Of a stretch of 64,000 bases of DNA, positions 10,438-21,117 are shown one piece after another. Position 1 is the first letter of the stretch, and each line of letters starts with the position of its first letter. The stretch covers positions 14,632,001 through 14,696,000 of the forward strand of contig JBHGNT010000009.1 of the NCBI GenBank assembly GCA_043228905.1, read 5' to 3'. Source of the DNA: Azolla caroliniana. Taxonomy: Eukaryota > Plantae > Polypodiophyta. Both the position numbers and the translations under genes were made by a program. Below the pieces are notes generated by a model. That model ran no database searches and was not told the DNA's origin. It saw nothing but the letters and a program-made list of their open reading frames with translations.

Positions 10438-13400
10438 TCAGCGTATCCGAATCAAACATCTGAACCGACTCGGCTTCCTCCGATTGGTTTTCGCTCTCGT
10501 CCGAGTTGGTTGGCTTCGACTCTTCGTTTCGACTGCTCCCCTTCTGTCCGCTTCCGGAATCTTTTGTGGGTCCGCCCTCGGCTTCTTCAGCTGATCCGAA
10601 ATCGAATTTATCATTCGACTCGGCGTCGCGGGCTTCTCTCCCCCTTCCGTGTCATTCGGGACATCTCTCCCCCTCAAGTTCGGCACGTCGAGGTGACGCA
10701 ACCCAAGCGCACCCGAGAATTGCCGCAACTTGTCCAGACCAAGAGGCTTGGTGAAGATGTTGGCGGTCTGCCGATCCGTTAGAACATATTGAAGTTCGAC
10801 TTCACCGGAGAGAACACGCTCATAGACGAAATGATAGTGCACCTCAATGTGCTTAGTCCGAGCGTGGAAAACGAGGTTCTTCGCTAGCTGGATGTTGCTG
10901 AGGTTGTCATAGTAGATAGTCGTTGGATCGGACACCTCCACCTGCATATCCTTAAGTAGCCGCTTCAACCATATGGCTTCCCATGTCGCGACAACCGCTC
11001 CTCTATACTCGGCTTCGGTGCTTGACAATGCAACTGCCGGCTGCTTCTTACTGCTCCATGCGATCGCGGCACTCCCGAGAGAGAACGCGAAACCGGACGT
11101 GGATCGGCGATCAACGACATTGCCGGCCCAGTTGGCATCGGTGTAGCCGACCAACTGTAGGGCTGTACCGGTCCGATATAGCAGTCCCCAGTCCTTAGTG
11201 CCGCTTACGTACCGCAGTACGCGTTGCGCACACTGAAGGTGCTCCTCGGTAGGTCGTGCCATGAACTGATTGATCACCCCGACTGGGTAGCTGAGATCTG
11301 GTCGAGTGATGGTCAAGTATATAAGGCTGCTGACTATCTGTCGGAACCTCGTCGGGTCGCATACCTCTCCGGACTCGGGGCAAAGCTTGACGGTTCTATC
11401 CAAAGGAGTCAAGACGGACTTACAGTCTGCCATCCCGAATTTGAAGAGCATATTCAACGCGTAATGATGTTGGCTGATCAGTATGCCTTCGGGGGTGCAG
11501 ATCACTTGGATCCCGAGGAAGTAATGAAGGTCCCCCAGATCCTTCATGTCGAATGATGCCGCAAGCTGGAGCTTCACGCGGTCAATTTCACCTAGGTCGG
11601 CGCCGGTGATGACCAAGTCATCAACATATAGTAAAATACTGACCGCACCGAGTCGACCTTTCTGGATGAACAAGGAAGAGTCCGATTTTGACGTTGCAAA
11701 GCCCATGCGAGGCAATTATTGCGTGATCTTCGCGTTCCAGGCACGCGGGGCTTGCTTCAGTCCGTAAAGGGACTTCTTCAATCGACACACTGCCAACGTG
11801 TTCGTTCCGGAGAGAAATCCGGGGGCCTGTACCATGTACACCTGTTCCTCAAGCTTACCTTGTAGGAACGCATTCTTTACATCCATCTGATGTAGGTGCC
11901 ATCCCTTTGCCGCAGCTACCACGAGCAAAACACGGACGGTCGTCATCTTCGCGACCGGTGCAAACGTCTCATCGTAGTCGATGCTGTGTTTCTGCGCGTA
12001 GCGTTTTGCCACTAACCGGGCCTTGTATCGGTTGACTGAGCTGTCGGTGTTGTATTTGACCTTGTATACCCACCTACATCCAATCGGCTTCACTCCCTTC
12101 GGTGCGTCAACTAGGTCGCAGGTCTCGTTTTCCTCCAATGCGTGCATCTCTTCCTCCATCGCGGCATGCCAATTCGCGTCCTTAGCCGCTTCTGCGTAGC
12201 TCTCTGGCTCACGCACTTCCGCTACTCGCATCATGTACGCGTAATGGTGCACCATGTACTCATTATAACTGAACCGCACAATAGGGTTCTTCTGGAGGGT
12301 AGATTGGGGTAGTTGCTCATCAACCACTGTTGAGGCTTTCTTGGCCGACGCGGACTTCGGTCTCAAAGACCTGTCATCACTTCCCTTGGAGTCGGATTCG
12401 CGTTGCTCCGACTCGTTCCTATCCGTGCCATAATCCGACACCTTCTTCTTCCCTTTTTCTTTGCGCGTAAGCTGTCTCCTCGGCTTCCTGTGCAGGGAAT
12501 GCACGACCGAGTCTCCGCTACTTCCCGGCTCTTCATCAGACTGGTCGAACCGACTCAGTCGTCCATTCAGTCCACTTAACAAAAACGAAATCGGACTCTC
12601 TTCGCGTGTCCCGATTTTAGGCTCATCCAGAGGCATCTCAGTCTCGCTCACCTCATCTTCAGAGCTCGGATTGGAGTTGAGATCTGGAGTCAGAGGCAAA
12701 TACCAGGACGCGGACTCATCAAACACAACGTCGCGGCTCACGCACGCTTGTTTGGCGTGCGGGTTATAACACTTATAACCCTTCTGCTCGTCCGAATAGC
12801 CGACCAAGATACATTTCTCGGCCTTTGCGTCCAGCTTCCTCCATTTCTCCTTCGGCACATGCACATACGTAATGCTACCGAAAACATGTAAGTGTCGCAA
12901 GTTCGGCTTCGTTCTGAAGTATAGCTCGTGCGCCGACACTTTGTCTTCAATCCGATTCTGGATGTATACTGCGGTTCGTACCGCCTCGGCCCAATAGAAC
13001 TTGGGCAAGCTCTTTTCTTCCAGCATTGCCCGTGCCGCTTCCACAACCGACCGATTTTTCCTCTCGGCCACGCCGTTTCGCTCCGGTGTGTATCTACAAC
13101 TGAATTTGCACCGAATTCCCATCTGTTGTAGATAACCGTTGAATTGACCGGAAAAGTATTCTTTTCCGCCATCCGACCGCAGGCAGTTGTTGTAGACATT
13201 TGCTATCGGATGCGGAGTGTCGTCTCCAGTTGCGATTACTCCTGGTTGCATCAGTTTCTCAAGGTATGAGAACCACTCCTCGTGGCACGTCATGTGGTTT
13301 GACGCGTCGGAGTCGACGTACCACACCTCCTCTAACTTCGGGGTGATTTCTTCATTGAGCTTGCTTCGTGTCTTGTCACGAAGACTGACCCTTTTCCGGC

Positions 13401-14321
13401 TTCTCCGGATCCTTCCACGTAGTGCGATCGTTGCCGATTTCCTTTGTCGGTCTGTCCGGAACCTGATCCGGACCTGGTTCTCTTTGAATCGACGCGTTTT
13501 TTCCAGCACTCGCTCTCCCTCTAGCCTTTCTTGCTAGAGTACCAACATTCCGCGGTGGATTTCCCCTGCCGGTTCTCGTCGCCTCGACTCCCCTTGTTTC
13601 TGGAGGGTCCGGAATTGCTGTCGGCATCACTTCAGTGCCTTCTTCCTTGATCTCGTCGGCCACCTCCATTGCGTACCGACTCGCCTCGTCCACCACGACC
13701 ACGGGGCCTATCTCCCTCCGTGTACAACATCTTGCTGTCAGCATGCATGCTTGTCGACGCACCCGCGTGGTTCTCCTCTATAAGGAGCATCGACTGTAAG
13801 TCGAAAAACGATGACGTATTCTCCCGTGTACACACAGCAGTTCAGAACGCTTCGAACTTTAACGCCAAACCCTCGAGACAGACCTGGACCAACTCGCTTT
13901 CGTCGATGTTCACATCGATGGAAGCTAAGGAGTCGCAAATTTCCTTGATCTTCGAGGTATAGTCAGCCACCGACAAGTTGCGTTGTCGTAGGTTTCTCAA
14001 CTCCTGTTGGAGCTGAAGCTTCCTGGCTGTGGTGCTCGCGGCGATGATCTTCTTCAGATTTTCCCACACACCCTTCGGCATTTTCGCATCTCGAACGTAG
14101 CTTAATAGTTGTTCGCCCACACAAGACGTGAAGCAGTACAATACTCTGCTCGCCGACTGTTCCCAAGTCGGGAAGTCTTTGTGTGTTGACTCCGGTGCTG
14201 TGTCATTTGCTCCGTCAACATAGCTCTAGTAACTATGTCCGAGCAGGTACTGGTGCATCTTGTAAGACCAAGACGTGTAGTTGTTTCTGTCGAGCTTCTC
14301 CGTCGGAAGCGAGCTAGCCAT
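10438..14321 (-). pseudogene. Copia gag-pol, disrupted (gag, PR, partial INT, RT, RNase H)
   Basis: MASSLPTEKLDRNNY gag start; NGVAERKNR; YKARLVAK; LYVDD; YTDANWAG; HARTKHIEVHYHF; stop at 11716 and frameshifts. Confidence 0.92.
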
Positions 14322-14404
14322 GCCTCTATCCATCGGTTTTGCCTGTTCTTCTTGGTTGGTTTTTCTTTCAAGTTATGTCGGCTGTAGAGGTTCTCAACCC
14401 TTAC

Positions 14405-14416
14405 GCTCTGATACCA
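14405..14416 (-). promoter_or_regulatory. PBS, initiator tRNA-Met
   Basis: TGGTATCAGAGC directly next to the LTR. Confidence 0.95.
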
Positions 14417-14809
14417 TGTAAAAGATTATGTGCGGAAGCAATAGAAAACCAAACACACAGAAAATACGCAGGTTTAATGGAGAGCTTGAGTATACACAAT
14501 ACGCGGGAGAGACACAGAGAGAACACACACCAACTAAATTCAAAAAATACTAACTCTCTGTGTACATACATCATGCTCAGTGAGCACCTTTTATACAAGC
14601 CCTGACAATGGGTTGACACAAGTACTGACAATACTTGATTGCTCATAAATGAGCCTTGACTCTTACTCCCAAAACTATTCCTTACGAGGAATATCTCTCT
14701 AACGGCCTTTCGGTTTATGCACCGATATGGCCTTCCTATGCACCGGTCTGAGTACCAGTTTACGCATCCGTTCTACGCACCGGTCCGGCCTAACCGATCG
14801 GTCCCAACC
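14417..14809 (-). repeat. 5' LTR of copia element, truncated
   Basis: Near-identical to 9767-10159; last ~55 bp absent. Confidence 0.9.
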
Positions 14810-15560
14810 AAAACCTTAAGGGAGGAATTAGCTGATCAAGAAGCATTGAGAGAGTGAGAAAGAGAACGGAGGAAGAAAGCCGAAGAAGAGAAACGGAGGA
14901 CTAAGAAATGTCTCCGGAAGAGTGAAGCGAACAATGACCGGCTGAAGGAGGAAAGAGAGATGTTACTGCAGGAAAAAGACAACCTTCGGAGGATGGTCAA
15001 AACGGAGATAGAGAGGCTGAAGGAAGAGATTCAGCAACAAAAAGACCGGGAAGATCCGGTGCCCTCTCAAATCAACCGACGCCTAAAGTAGAAAATGGAA
15101 GACTTAGAGAAGCTACACAGTGATCATAAGCAACTCGAAGCGGAACATAAGAAGCTAGGGTAGGATTATGACCGACAACAAGAAAAGTTTAAGGAGGTCC
15201 GGACGGAGCTGAAGGAAAAAATGGAGACGCTGATGGATCAAGGTAAAATGATGGCTGAAATGACAACGATGGTGATGGAGGAAGCGGCGAAAGAAAGAGT
15301 GGAACTCCGATCGAAGCACTACGAGGAAGTGCAACGGGCAAAGACGGTTTTGGATAGGTTGCAAACGACCTACCAGACCCAATTGATGGAGTATGAAGTA
15401 CAAGCGAAGGCGGCCACTGAACTCATCAAGTAGCTCAAGAACGAGGAGGCCACAGAGGAGAGGACGAAGCTCGGCATCAATAGAATCCGGACGAGGGAGT
15501 GGACGAAGACAAAGATCGAAGATTGTTCATCGTCGGTATGGAATGAATGGTCCCGACAAG
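14810..15560 (+). pseudogene. Degenerate E/K-rich coiled-coil coding fragment of unknown origin
   Basis: Purine-rich reading frame with stops, e.g. METLMDQGKMMAEMTTMVMEEAAKERVELRSKHYEEVQRAK. Confidence 0.4.
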
Positions 15561-16335
15561 CGACAGGAGTGGTGCTTGCAGCGAAAACCTTTTTTAGGTT
15601 CGTCCAAGCTTTCTTTGGCATCTAGACGTCCTGGATATGGCTAAGTAGACAATCATCGACATTGAATGCAAAGCAGTACATTACTTTTCTTGCCGCTTAT
15701 TCCCAAGCCGGAAAGTCCTTGTGTGTCGCATCCGGTGCTACATCATTCGCTCTGTCGACATAACTCCAGTAACCATGTTTGAGCGAGTACTGGTGCATCT
15801 TGTATGACCAAGATGCGTAGTTGGTTCTGTCCATTCTTTCCTTCCTGTTCTTTACCAAGTGATAGGGTTTGTCTTTGACAAGTCACTTGTCATGAGCAGA
15901 GGATTCTCAACCCTCGCGCTCTGATACCATGTAAAAGTTAAGGTGCAGAAGCGTGTACACAACCGGCTCAGCCGGATAGCAACAGAAAACATAAATGAAG
16001 GTTTAATGGAAGCTTGAATGCAGTACGTGAGAAAGACAAAGTTAGAGCATAATAGTAAACTCAATTTCAAAAATACTCGAAGGACTTACATACAAATGCC
16101 CTAAAGAACAATTTTTTATACAAGTCCTTAAAAGGACTAATTAAAGTATTGACAGATACTTCAATGTTCATATTAAGCATCAGACACTGACTCCTAAAAA
16201 TATGCCTACGTACTAGGCTAGGATCGTAGGCCTCTAACGGCCTATAGGTCACCGATCTGGCTCTTCGTTCCGGATACTGATCTAGCTCCGGCTTACTCAG
16301 CCGATCTGGATTAGGTTGAGCTTGCTCGCTCAACA
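15560..16335 (-). mobile_element. Second related copia 5' remnant: LTR 15930-16335, PBS-Met 15918-15929, gag N-terminus
   Basis: TGTAAAAG..TCAACA LTR; TGGTATCAGAGC; gag region similar to 14040-14300. Confidence 0.85.
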
Positions 16336-16344
16336 TTCCATTTA

Positions 16345-17080
16345 TGTGCGATCCTTCCACTTGTGAACGCGAACATGTTGCGCCTCTTTTTCTCTATAAA
16401 AAGAGAATATGGCTTATTTCAGGTTGCCATTTTTGTGGTTTGGGGTGTACCATTAGGTTTTGTTTACTTCCTCTTCTTCATTTCTAGAAGGTCACTCATT
16501 TTGGGTTTAGAGAGTACACTATTAGGGTTTTGTGAGGTTCTTTTTCTCCTTAAGTTACTTGAGATTTTAGGGTTTTCTTCAACAAACTTGCACATCCATC
16601 ATTTGAAGGGAGTACAAAGTGGCATGAGAACACTATTCTCATTCGAGGCATCGTAGCCGTCGGAAGTAGTCGCGGTCTCGGTGACCCACTTGATGCGCAC
16701 CTTCATCGGAAACTCGACCGACTCCCAACTTTCATTCTGTTTAAGCTTAATGGTTGTCTTCTAATCATTCAACATATTACTCCTCATTATCTACACTTGT
16801 AACCCTCTTTTATAAAGGGAATTTTTCTTCTTCTTAATCTAGCGTTTTCAGCCATGAAAGTGGACCATTTTTCTTATTTTTGGTGCAAATCCCTTGTAAT
16901 CTCATGTTCATCGTGTTAGTTGCATATTTGGGTGAAAGCATGTGAATGGAAACACTATTATAGCTAACATGTAGCTAAAATGACCACAACTAAGTAGTTT
17001 TTTTATAGTTAATATTTAGTGGGAAAATCTTAAAGAGACATATCATTTATTAACACGTTCACAAGTGGAAGGATCACGCA
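16345..17080. mobile_element. Non-autonomous TIR DNA transposon (MITE-like)
   Basis: ~26-bp TIRs TGTGCGATCCTTCCACTTGTGAACGC / ACGTTCACAAGTGGAAGGATCACGCA; flanks TTCCATTTA and TTCCACTTT (7/9 match). Confidence 0.7.
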
Positions 17081-17778
17081 TTCCACTTTTAGATTCCCTT
17101 TATAATTGTATAAATTTAGGCTATTTACCAAAACACGTGCACCGACAAGCAACTACAAAAGCACACTAGAGGCCTCGCCGACAACACCCTCGAGGCCTCT
17201 TCGTCTCGAACGACCACAAGCTTATGCGATGAGGGAAAACATCTGATGCGCAGTGTGCCACGGACACCATGCCCCCTCATATGACAACACCGCCCACAAC
17301 ATTGCAAATGGTGTAGAGCCTTCATAATGCATGGCACCCAAGACAATTGTTGGCAAGCGCCGAATGGAAGGTTCAGACAAGGAATAGTAGTGGAGCACCC
17401 CCGAACGCCCCCTAGACCAAACCCCCCACAACTACCTACCATACTCTCGCAACAACCACCACTCCCTCACGTCGGAACCCGCTTAGTAGAACTTGGCCAT
17501 GATGTTGATAACCGACTCTAGGTTGGGGGTAAAGAGTATGCCCATGTATGCAAACCAATTCCAAGATTGCATGGGACAAGAAGAAATCCTTTCGCACTTT
17601 ATAGATTTTGAAGGCGACCAAATCCCAAGGTACACGTTATGAGGGGAACATTGGGCACCTCAACCAGGGTACCATGGTAATGATGGACCAAGAAGGCTAG
17701 AGTTGAAGTGTTTCAACTACTAGGAGTCGCACATGGTGAGCGAATTCCCAACAAAGCACTAGTCTTACAATAGGATGG

Positions 17779-18271
17779 TGTTGGGAAACCGATCCCTCCG
17801 GATGGGATCCGGATGAGAACCAGACGAACTGGATTGGACGAATCGAAGGAAGGAACTAGATCGGATGGATCTGGAAGGTATCTGGATGGCCATATTTGTA
17901 AATAGCCCCAAAGTTATATATGTATAAATATAACTAGGGAAAAGTGAGTTAGATAGCGTGTTGTTATCATTATTATTGTACAGAGAGTGAGAGGGAGAGG
18001 GAGAGACACACTGAAAGCTCTTTCTGTTGTAACTGTCGGCTGGCGAAGATACAGAGCTTGAGGTTGTTTCCTCTGAGTGTCATTATGTTTGTACCCCTCC
18101 TCTATAGTGATCTTGTTCGGAGTTAGAGAACTCTCGTGGTTTTCCCCGATTAGGTTTTCCACGTTAACATGCAGTGTCGTCTCTGTTGTCTGTGTAAGTG
18201 CATTACCACTCTTTGTTTATTTCTTCCATCGTGTGTTCGGGACTAGGTTGTGGCTGAGCATTATACTATCA
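17779..18271 (+). repeat. 5' LTR of copia element (left end approximate)
   Basis: TGTTGG..TATCA followed by a Met PBS. Confidence 0.7.
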
Positions 18272-19029
18272 CTTTGGTATTAGAGCATGGAAGACCCATT
18301 CGGCGGCATGTTCAAGCTCACCGGCTCCAACTACCCAGTGTGGAACTCGAAGATGAGGGACATGTTGGTTGTTAAAGATCTATGGTTGCCGGTACAGTTT
18401 GGAGACAAAAGACCAGACAAGATCAATGTTGTGACCTAGGAGGTGATGCATATGAAGATGACGGCATACATAAGATACTTCATCGACATGAGCATATACA
18501 ACAACTTCAACGAAGAAAGTAAGGCCCATGTGCTATGGGAGAAAATCGGTATCATGCTAGAGAGTAAAAACGACATGAATCGGGTTCCAGTATTCTAGAA
18601 GTTAGTGAGACTCCGATACCAAGACGGATCCAGTATGGTGGAGCACATGAATGCCTTCCAAGTGCTGATAAACCAAACAACCTCGTCGGAAGTACCTCTG
18701 GCCGACGAGGTACTCGCGTTGCTACTGCTCGGTTCCATCTCAGATAGTTGGGAGATGCCAGTTGTCACCTTGGGCAACGCTGGACTGGTGTCACGAAGTT
18801 TCACATGTGTGTGTTACTTGGGCGGGACCACGGGGGTCTCGGACTAGGGAGTATGAAGGGATAGAGAAGGCCCGATGTTTTCTGGACAACAAGACTACTT
18901 CCCGAGAAAGGGTTCGTTGCCCCTTTTGTGGGGCCGGTGGCTTTCGTTGATCACGACTCGTCGAGCTTTTGAGATCACTACACGAGCCGAGTGATCAAAC
19001 GGGTACAAGCAAAGATGAGCACGCAAGAT

Positions 19030-19790
19030 GAATGCACAAGGAAAGGAAGAACACACATTCACAAATTCTCATACGCCTTTATGAGGAGGAGAGGTTCATG
19101 TGCATGCCCGAACTCTCCCTAGTCACAAGATGCCAAACATAAAAGGGGAGGGGGCGAGAACACAAACATTAATGCCCGTACGGCTTTATGAGGAGGAGAG
19201 GTGCATGGGCACGACCGAACTCTCCCTCATCACAAGACGCCAAACATAAAAGGGAAGGGGACGAGAACACAAACATGAATGCCCGTAGGCCTTTATGAGG
19301 AGGAGAGGTGCATGGGCACGCCCGAACGCTTCCTCGTCACAAGACGCCGAACATAAAAGGGAAGGGGACGAGAACACAAACACGAATGCCCATACTTCTT
19401 TATGAGGAGAGGTGCATGGGCAAGCCCGAAATGCTCCCTCATCACAAGAGGGACGAATGTACAATGAGGACACAAAACTCACACACGAGTGCCTATACGT
19501 CCTTCTGAAGAGGAGAGGTGCATGGGCAAGCCCGAAACACTCCCTCATCACAAGATGACCGGACATACAAGGAGGATATAAAATTCACACACGAGTGCCC
19601 ATACGTCCTTATGAGGAGGAGAGGTGCATGGGCAATCCCGAAACACCCCCTCGTCACAAGACGGTTGAACGTACAAGGAAGACACAAAACACACACACAA
19701 ATGCTCGTACACCTTTTTGAGGAGAGGTGCATGGGCACGCCCGAAACGCTCCCTAATCACAAGACGGTCGAATGTACAAGGGAACGAGAA
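19030..19790 (+). repeat. Tandem array of ~7 units of ~106 bp within the solo LTR
   Basis: ATGAGGAGGAGAGGTGCATGGGCA..CCGAA..CTCCCTC.TCACAAG recurs at about 19081, 19188, 19295, 19402, 19505, 19611, 19717. Confidence 0.92.
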
Positions 19791-20009
19791 AAAAGAAAGA
19801 AAGCACGAATGATATTGGCTAAAGAAATAAATATGTGTTTGATTCCAATGCAAGAGCGCCCTTTATAAAATAGGGTTTGATTACAAGAAAGAAGTTAGGA
19901 AGCAAAAAAAAGTGGGGGGTGGTTTACTAAGTGGCGACTTCTAGTTAGCCACAAGCTCAACAAAACACAAATAGTCAATGCCCTTCGAGACAAGAGTAAA
20001 TCCAAACAC

Positions 20010-20325
20010 CAAGCACGAACACGAAGAAGATGAGCACGAACATGAAGAAGATGAACACGACGAAAACGAGCACAAAAATGCCGACCCCAACGAACCAAGA
20101 CCACCTGAACGGTGAGCACACCGAGCATGAACATGAAGAAGATGAACACAAAGAAAACAAGCACAAAAATGCCGACCCCAACGAACCAAGACCACCTGAA
20201 CGGCGAGCACACGGGCTCGCAACGACTACGGGGGAGCAACACCATACCAACGAGGCTCGAGCTCACAAGCACTACAAATGACCCGAGCACTTCAAACGTC
20301 AACACGAAGAAGATGAGCACATGGT
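20010..20325 (+). repeat. 21-bp GAGCACGAACATGAAGAAGAT units plus a ~100-bp duplication
   Basis: Repeated units and duplicated AATGCCGACCCCAACGAACCAAGACCACCTGAACGG. Confidence 0.85.
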
Positions 20326-20633
20326 GATGGGGGGTACGAGAGAAAGAAGAAAATGGTGAAGATGAAGATGAAGAGCGCCCGAAAGAAAAATGGAGATAGT
20401 CTCCTCCTCCCAAAAAGGTCCTCCCCAAATGAGACGACCTCAACCTCCTTTTATAGGAAAAAAAGGAAGGGGTGTCGCCACATTCGTCTTCAATGCAAAA
20501 GGCATAAAATTCCTTAAATCATGCTATGTTGTCAGACTGGATATGAACCGTGCACCTTTAGCTAAGAGTCAATGTATTTATCCACTAGTCCATTAACTCA
20601 CTATTATTTAATTTGTAATTCTATATCTACAAA

Positions 20634-21070
20634 TGTTGCCGATTAGGAACACGGTCCGCGGTCAGTCCTTCGACCTAGACCTCCAAGTGGGTGTGGAACA
20701 ACGAATAGGCGTCTAAGCGTAATGCGTAAGGGGATGTTCCTTGTAACCTATCAACGTATAAGGGAGACGGCTACAACCAAATCCTTAGCAAGGGTTACAC
20801 TTACGTTCTTACATGCTCAGGTCTTCAAGACACACACAGTGGATTAGCCGTAGATGTACATAGAGAATCAGAGAAGATAGAGTTCTATTATGAGATGTTT
20901 CTTACATTCCCAAAATTACACACCCTCTATCCGAGGTTTTCTGCCCTTTATATACGCAGGGTCTATTTAGCCGTTCACGCTTCCTACGTGAACCGTTACA
21001 TGCGTTATGATCTTATATTATTTCTTATTCCTACGCTCTTGTCCGTTGGTTACTATTCCGGCGAACAACA
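20634..21070 (-). repeat. 3' LTR, copy 1
   Basis: TGTTGCC..ACAACA; direct repeat of 29265-29703. Confidence 0.95.
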
Positions 21071-21117
21071 CCTGGCACGCCTGTGGGACAGTGCCCTGGC
21101 ACGTCGAACCCATCCCG

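Larger units (their letters stand above)
9767..14809 (-). mobile_element. Ty1/copia element with two LTRs (5' LTR outer end missing) and an internal deletion of PR C-terminus to integrase N-terminus
   Basis: Direct repeats 9767-10216 and 14417-14809; PBS TGGTATCAGAGC; PPT TTGAGGGGGAG; [12 protein letters not shown] joined directly to CLRSDGG. Confidence 0.93.

Noticed and set aside
17100-17778. Possible LINE 3' remnant or host exon
   Set aside because: Looks coding-like but I could not recognise a diagnostic motif; needs BLASTX
19030-19790. CRISPR-like repeat/spacer appearance
   Set aside because: The linkers are homologous to each other, units are ~106 bp, there are no cas genes, and the context is a eukaryotic LTR
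19895-20443. Hydrophobic 182-aa ORF resembling a membrane or env protein
   Set aside because: Produced by the GAAGAAGATGA repeats inside a solo LTR
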